The notes under the pieces were generated by a model, which searched no databases, had not been told where the DNA came from, and was given only the letters and a program-made list of their open reading frames with translations. This document shows positions 59,069 to 64,000 of a stretch of 64,000 nt of DNA, one piece after another; the stretch's first letter is position 1; the number at the start of each line of letters is the position of its first letter. The DNA is taken from assembly GCA_036260805.1 (NCBI GenBank), contig DATALZ010000016.1:20116-84115 (forward strand), given 5' to 3'. A program made the translations under genes and the position numbers. Source of the stretch: Caproicibacter sp. Its GTDB lineage: Bacteria; Bacillota; Clostridia; Oscillospirales; Acutalibacteraceae.

Positions 59069-59083
59069 AATATCTTTCCTATC

Positions 59084-59137
59084 TATTAAACATGTTTAAT
59101 ACATGTTTAATATAAACCTAAAATGATCTCAAGTCAA
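59084..59137 (-). promoter_or_regulatory. tetR promoter with palindromic operator
   Basis: TTGACT - 17 bp - TATATT; perfect 18-bp palindrome TATTAAACATGTTTAATA (59084-59101) plus an overlapping imperfect copy to 59112. Confidence 0.7.
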
Positions 59138-59172
59138 GTAAAAAAAAGAACCAGAGCATTTTACCCCGGTTC

Positions 59173-59199
59173 AATAAAAAAGAGCAGTCCAAGCTGCTC
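59173..59199 (-). terminator. Intrinsic terminator after the NYN gene
   Basis: GAGCAG-cttgga-CTGCTC-TTTTTT. Confidence 0.7.
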
Positions 59200-59210
59200 C
59201 TTGCAATCTG

Positions 59211-59960
59211 TTATCTTTCGTGTTCTTTTTCTTTTACATACATCAGGCTCACGTGGCCATCTTTACCGCGGACCGCTCGAATATCAAAAATCTTAAGGGA
59301 TTTTATAAATGGCGTTAATTTTCGGAAACCATAGTTTCTGACATCAAAATCCGGGTAACGCTTCGTAAGGATATTCCCAATATCGCCAAGCGACGCCCAA
59401 CCTTCATCATCTGAGGTTTCTTCCACAATTGTGAGAACCGTATTCCTTACGGCATCCAGAGAGGTATGGTCCAACCCGGAAATGGGCTGAGTTTTGGTAA
59501 TAACACGATTTTCTACAATATTATCCTGTGCAAGAATTTCTAGATACTTAAATTTATCGCACGCCACAATAAAAGGATTCGGTGTTTTCTTTTCTCCCAT
59601 ACCTACAACAAACTTGCCGGATTCGCGAAGGCGCGAAGCCAGACGCGTAAAATCGCTGTCGCTGGACACAATGCAAAAGCCGTCTATATTTCCAGAGTAT
59701 AAAATGTCCATTGCATCGATGATCATAGCGGAATCCGTTGCATTTTTTCCGGTTGTATAACTATACTGTTGAATTGGCGTAATGGAATTATCCAGCAGAA
59801 CATTTTTCCAGGAAACCATGGCGGGTTTTGTCCAGTCGCCGTAAATACGCTTTATGGTAGCTACTCCATCATTGGAGATTTCATCCAATATGAATTTAAT
59901 GTATTTTTCCGATACATTTTCAGCATCAATCAGTACAGCAAAACGTTTTTCATCTGCCAT
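59211..59960 (-). CDS. NYN (LabA/DUF88, PIN-like) domain protein with C-terminal LOTUS/OST-HTH
   Basis: LIDAEN, RIYGDW, GKNATD, SSDSDF, GWASLGDIG..PDFDVRNYGFRKL. Confidence 0.88.
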   Translation of the reverse strand: MADEKRFAVLIDAENVSEKYIKFILDEISNDGVATIKRIYGDWTKPAMVSWKNVLLDNSITPIQQYSYTTGKNATDSAMIIDAMDILYSGNIDGFCIVSSDSDFTRLASRLRESGKFVVGMGEKKTPNPFIVACDKFKYLEILAQDNIVENRVITKTQPISGLDHTSLDAVRNTVLTIVEETSDDEGWASLGDIGNILTKRYPDFDVRNYGFRKLTPFIKSLKIFDIRAVRGKDGHVSLMYVKEKEHER

Positions 59961-59984
59961 TACAGCACCTTCTTTTCGCCCGGT

Positions 59985-61901
59985 TCACTGCGCAAGCAAA
60001 TCGGTCTTTTCAGCATGACCCGTATAGGTAGGAACCAGATGATGAACAATTTCAAGCATACCTATATTGTCGACACCGGCTACTTTACGGAGAGCCTCAA
60101 TATCGTTCAAAAATGTAGCTTCATTAAACGGGATTGGATTTCCGATGTAAATCAGTTCGTGAGACGTTTTGTGACAGCCGCCTTCACTATCCAAAAGCAG
60201 TTCTTCATACAGCTTTTCTCCCGGACGAAGACCGGTGTACTTAATCTGGATATCAACGTCCGGTTCATAGCCGGAAAGACGAATCAAGTTACGAGCAAGA
60301 TCAACGATCTTGACCGGCTCGCCCATATCCAAGACAAAAATTTCGCCGCCTTTTGCCATGCCGCCGGCCTGAATCACCAGACGCGCCGCTTCTGGAATGG
60401 TCATAAAATAGCGCACAATATCCGGGTGTGTTACAGTAACAGGCCCGCCTTCGGCAATCTGCTGTTTAAACAGCGGAATTACACTGCCATTGCTTCCAAG
60501 AACATTGCCAAAACGTACAGCAACAAAACCAGTTTTGCTGTGGCGGCTGTAGTACTGCACAATCAATTCGCAAATGCGTTTTGTCGCGCCCATAATATTT
60601 GTAGGGTTTACCGCCTTATCCGTGGAAATTAAAACCATGCGTTTCACATGGAATTTATCGCACGCCTGTGCTACATTCAATGTTCCGAATACATTATTCT
60701 TTACCGCTTCACCAGGGCTTAATTCCATCAACGGCACATGTTTATGAGCAGCCGCATGGAATACAACATCCGGCTGGAAGCAACCGAAAACATGGTCAAT
60801 GCGTGCTCTGTCGCGCACAGAACCGATAATGACTTCCATGTCCAGATTTGGGAAACGGCGATGAAGCTCATTCTGCAGCTCGTACGCATTGTTTTCGTAA
60901 ATATCAAAAACAATTAGTTTTTTAGGGTGGAAGCAGGCAATCTGACGGCAAAGTTCACTGCCGATGGATCCGCCGCCGCCGGTAACGATAATTGTCTTAT
61001 TTTCAAGATATCCGCTGATTTCATCGACATTCAGCTTGATTTCGTCCCTGCCGAGCAAATCCAGAATGCTGACATCACGTACCTTAAGCGGATCGGTATT
61101 GCCTTCCAGCATTTCATATAATGCTGGAATGGTTTTCAGTTTGCATTCGGTTTTGGAGCAAATATTGATGATTTCTCGTTTATCCGACTGTTTTGCAGTT
61201 GCAATGGCAAGTATAATTTCATCAATATGATAACGAGCGGCAATCTTCGGAATGCTCTCTCTGCCGCCGGCAACCTTTACCCCATGGATCCGTGTGCCGC
61301 GCTTTTTCTTATCGTCATCAATTGCCACAACCGGAATGCCCTTCGATTGCGGAGCATTTTTCATATCCTTGATAACCATGGAGCCCATTTCGCCGGCGCC
61401 AACGACCATTACTCGGTTCGACTCATCGTCCGGACCGTGATTAATCATGCGTTTGCGTTTCAGTCTGCGGGCAAATCGAATGCTGAAGCGGGAACCACCT
61501 ATCAGGAAAACAGTTAAAACCCATCCCATTACATAAACAGGAATAGGAAAGCGCTGAATATTTAATCCATATGAGCCGACTAATATATTTGGAAATACTG
61601 TATAGCCGCAAATTGTTACAATAAGACACGCTGTTGTGGTACCGTAGAAAATTTGAAGCAATTCATCCAAACTTGCAAATTCCCACATTGTGCTGTAAAA
61701 ACGAAACAATGCAAACACGGCAAGGCAAATCAGTGTTATCCATGGAATGCTTATTTTGAACGAATCAATGTAATAAAACGGAATACCTCTGTCAGGTAAA
61801 AAACGAAATACAAATGCCAGCAAATAGCTGAAAAAGATGCAAACCGCATCAATAATAACCTGAGGGACCAAGTTTCTTATACTGTTTTTTTTGCTTATCA
61901 T
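59985..61901 (-). CDS. Membrane-anchored nucleotide-sugar 4,6-dehydratase (CapD/PglF/WbpM family)
   Basis: Four TM segments, GAGEMG, TGGGGSIGSELCRQ, HAAAHKHVP, STDKAVNP, MGATK, RFGNVLGS; start ATG 61901. Confidence 0.93.
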   Translation of the reverse strand: MISKKNSIRNLVPQVIIDAVCIFFSYLLAFVFRFLPDRGIPFYYIDSFKISIPWITLICLAVFALFRFYSTMWEFASLDELLQIFYGTTTACLIVTICGYTVFPNILVGSYGLNIQRFPIPVYVMGWVLTVFLIGGSRFSIRFARRLKRKRMINHGPDDESNRVMVVGAGEMGSMVIKDMKNAPQSKGIPVVAIDDDKKKRGTRIHGVKVAGGRESIPKIAARYHIDEIILAIATAKQSDKREIINICSKTECKLKTIPALYEMLEGNTDPLKVRDVSILDLLGRDEIKLNVDEISGYLENKTIIVTGGGGSIGSELCRQIACFHPKKLIVFDIYENNAYELQNELHRRFPNLDMEVIIGSVRDRARIDHVFGCFQPDVVFHAAAHKHVPLMELSPGEAVKNNVFGTLNVAQACDKFHVKRMVLISTDKAVNPTNIMGATKRICELIVQYYSRHSKTGFVAVRFGNVLGSNGSVIPLFKQQIAEGGPVTVTHPDIVRYFMTIPEAARLVIQAGGMAKGGEIFVLDMGEPVKIVDLARNLIRLSGYEPDVDIQIKYTGLRPGEKLYEELLLDSEGGCHKTSHELIYIGNPIPFNEATFLNDIEALRKVAGVDNIGMLEIVHHLVPTYTGHAEKTDLLAQ

Positions 61902-62015
61902 AAAATTACTCCAATTCGCTTCAATACTAACCGAATTAGTATAGCACAAATCAGGAACAAAATAAACACCATTTTTCTTGTTATTAAGTCGATTTTCTCA
62001 TAGATATTGCAATTT

Positions 62016-62636
62016 TTATCGTTTTGTTTGGATGATATTAACAATTCTAAGCGGAGGACCTTCCATTACATAAGTAATATCTGCCATTGTACGCATCTCT
62101 TCAGCGTCGTGCGTCACAAAAATTACAAGCGCGTTCCCTGTTTCCTCTTTTACTAGGTTCTGTACATTCCATTTTATTTTATCGTCCAGACGCTGGAACG
62201 GTTCATCATGCAAGAACAAATCTCCGCCGTAGGCCAAAGAGCGGGCGATTGCAACTCTCCGGCTCATTCCGCCGCTGAGTTGATCCGGTCTTTTCTCCGT
62301 CTCGCCTTTCAAGCCCATTTTACAAAGCCAATTCTGAGCCTCCATGAAACCTTTTTCCCGATTCTCTAATACCGCCGCAACGTTTTCTTTGGCGGTAAGC
62401 CATGGCAGAAGCCTGTCTTCCTGAAAGATACAGGAAATTTTGATGCCTTCATTTCCTGTGATCTTACCTTGATCTACTTTTGTAAGCCCGGCGATACAAT
62501 TCAGAAGAGTAGTCTTTCCGCAGCCGGAAGGGCCGAACAGACAGACCACTCCCTTCTCCGGAAAATCCATAGAAAAATTATCCAAAACTATTTTATCACC
62601 GTAATATTTAAAGGCATTTTGAACCTGAAGTTTCAT
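62016..62636 (-). CDS. ABC transporter ATP-binding protein (NitT/TauT family)
   Basis: GPSGCGKTT, FQEDRLLPW, LSGGM, DEPF, VTHD. Confidence 0.9.
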   Translation of the reverse strand: MKLQVQNAFKYYGDKIVLDNFSMDFPEKGVVCLFGPSGCGKTTLLNCIAGLTKVDQGKITGNEGIKISCIFQEDRLLPWLTAKENVAAVLENREKGFMEAQNWLCKMGLKGETEKRPDQLSGGMSRRVAIARSLAYGGDLFLHDEPFQRLDDKIKWNVQNLVKEETGNALVIFVTHDAEEMRTMADITYVMEGPPLRIVNIIQTKR

Positions 62637-62646
62637 ATATCCTCCG

Positions 62647-63429
62647 CTACAGCCCAAAATTAAATTTTTTTGCAGCTCTGCGCATGAGAACAGTCATTAC
62701 TTTCTCCAGCAGTATGCTAAACAGAATTACAACAACCGTCCATGCAAACAGATCTGCTGTTTCCAGATAAATTTTGGAGTTGTATATCTGCGTCCCGACA
62801 GACATTGGTATACTTGAAAGTACCTCTGCCGCGACACCGGCCTTCCAGGAAAGGCCAAGACTTGTGGTGCAGGCAGCCATAAAATACGGCATTATGGACG
62901 GAATGTAGATTCTGTGAACCATTTTTACCGAACTGAACTGAAACATATGCCCCATTTGCAGAAGCTTTTGATCCGTTTTCCGGATTCCTTCCAGAACATT
63001 TCCCCAAATAACCGGAAATACAATCAATGATGCCGAAAAAGCAGGAACAAATTCCGCATGCATCCAAACAAGAGCCAAAATAATAAAGGACGCAACAGGC
63101 GTAGCTTTAACAACACTTACGACAGGCTGAATCAGCGCACGACATACTTTTGACCAGGCGGAGAGTACAGCCAGCAACGCGCCTGCCAGCACGCCGATAA
63201 GGAAGCCCTCTAAAATCCGCAGCATGGAGAAAAAAGAAGTCAGCCAAAAATCCCCCTGTTTTGAAAGCTGAATCAATCTTTCGAAAACGCAGGCAGGAGA
63301 CACCACAAGTATCTCCTGCCCCACCATAACATAAATAATCTGCCACACGCTTAGCCAGAAAACGGCCACAAGTATTTTTACTGCATATTTAGGAATATGA
63401 ATCTTATTTTTTGTAGTAAAGATCATCAC
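62647..63429 (-). CDS. ABC transporter permease (NitT/TauT family)
   Basis: About six TM segments; TPVASFI, LGLSWKAGVAAE. Confidence 0.88.
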   Translation of the reverse strand: MMIFTTKNKIHIPKYAVKILVAVFWLSVWQIIYVMVGQEILVVSPACVFERLIQLSKQGDFWLTSFFSMLRILEGFLIGVLAGALLAVLSAWSKVCRALIQPVVSVVKATPVASFIILALVWMHAEFVPAFSASLIVFPVIWGNVLEGIRKTDQKLLQMGHMFQFSSVKMVHRIYIPSIMPYFMAACTTSLGLSWKAGVAAEVLSSIPMSVGTQIYNSKIYLETADLFAWTVVVILFSILLEKVMTVLMRRAAKKFNFGL

Positions 63430-64000
63430 TCGGCAGCGTCCCCCCGACTGATTTTGGATTTGCCTGATATAGGACTTTTAAGAAATCCGGAACCTTTGTT
63501 TTCATTTCGTCACCGTCTAAGTATACGATACTGCAATTTGGAATTGCTTTCTTCGCAACAGCAAAAGCCATAATTCCATATTTCTCAGAAAGCTTTGCTG
63601 CATCCGCAACGTTTGAATTGGCATATTGGGCTGATGCTTTATATTCATCAAGGAAAGTATCAAAAGCACCCTTGTTCTTTTCAGCAAAGTTCTTTTGAAC
63701 AATCAGGGCTCCCATTGTAAGAATACTTGCATCTTTTGTGGCCTTTTTCCACTCATCTGTCATATTAAGCGCAACTTTAACATTTTTGTTTTTTACGGTT
63801 ACCTGCGTCACAAACGGCTCCGGGAGAACTGCAATCTTCACTTTTCCCGCAATTACGGCTGTTGCTACTTCTGCATGCTGTGCTTTGTACTCAATTTTAA
63901 CATCTTTTCCGGGTTCCAGACCATTTTGTTTCAAAATATAATTGAACGCATATTCCGGAATTGCTCCCTGGCCCGATGAAACGACCGTCTTTCCCTTCAA
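63404..64000 (-). CDS. ABC transporter substrate-binding protein, SsuA/THI5-like (5' end outside window)
   Basis: KGKTV..GQGAIPE, AVLPEPFVT, NPKSVGGTLP; adjacent to permease and ATPase. Confidence 0.82.
   Translation of the reverse strand: MKGKTVVSSGQGAIPEYAFNYILKQNGLEPGKDVKIEYKAQHAEVATAVIAGKVKIAVLPEPFVTQVTVKNKNVKVALNMTDEWKKATKDASILTMGALIVQKNFAEKNKGAFDTFLDEYKASAQYANSNVADAAKLSEKYGIMAFAVAKKAIPNCSIVYLDGDEMKTKVPDFLKVLYQANPKSVGGTLPSDDLYYKK

Noticed and set aside
59769-60632. 287-aa plus-strand ORF
   Set aside because: Antisense to the conserved CapD/PglF catalytic domain and the NYN start; no independent motifs.
1-64000. CRISPR arrays, IS elements, prophage, tRNA/rRNA genes
   Set aside because: No regularly spaced repeats, transposase/integrase/phage ORFs or tRNA T-loop/CCA patterns were seen by eye.

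Overview
Core-chromosome segment of an endospore-forming clostridial Firmicute; gene content and order suggest Oscillospiraceae/Ruminococcaceae (inference). Nearly all genes lie on the minus strand. No tRNA, rRNA, CRISPR array, transposase or prophage was seen. Positions 1-15350 hold the most notable feature, an 11-gene co-directional run glnA - ANTAR regulator - dapF - dapL - carA - carB - purC - purF - purB - purA - glmS. It groups glutamine synthetase mostly with enzymes that spend Gln/Glu/Asp nitrogen in four pathways. It carries a pseudo-receiver ANTAR protein and terminator hairpins with ANTAR-like AAnGrr loops in front of both glnA and glmS. The rest is housekeeping: YfhO-family protein, T-box-controlled tyrS, the folD-dxs-tlyA-nadK-argR-recN cluster, lgt, an M16 peptidase pair, an EamA transporter, metY, dpaAB, murC, Hsp20 behind a CIRCE, yaaL-bofA, secG-rnr, a type IIA topoisomerase pair, rnj-gdpP-rplI-dnaB-tilS-hpt-ftsH, rnhA, TetR-radical SAM-membrane protein, an NYN/LOTUS protein, a CapD/PglF dehydratase and a NitT/TauT ABC transporter. 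Several intergenic regions contain unexplained multi-stem RNA candidates. All calls come from motif reading by eye; no searches or folding programs were run.
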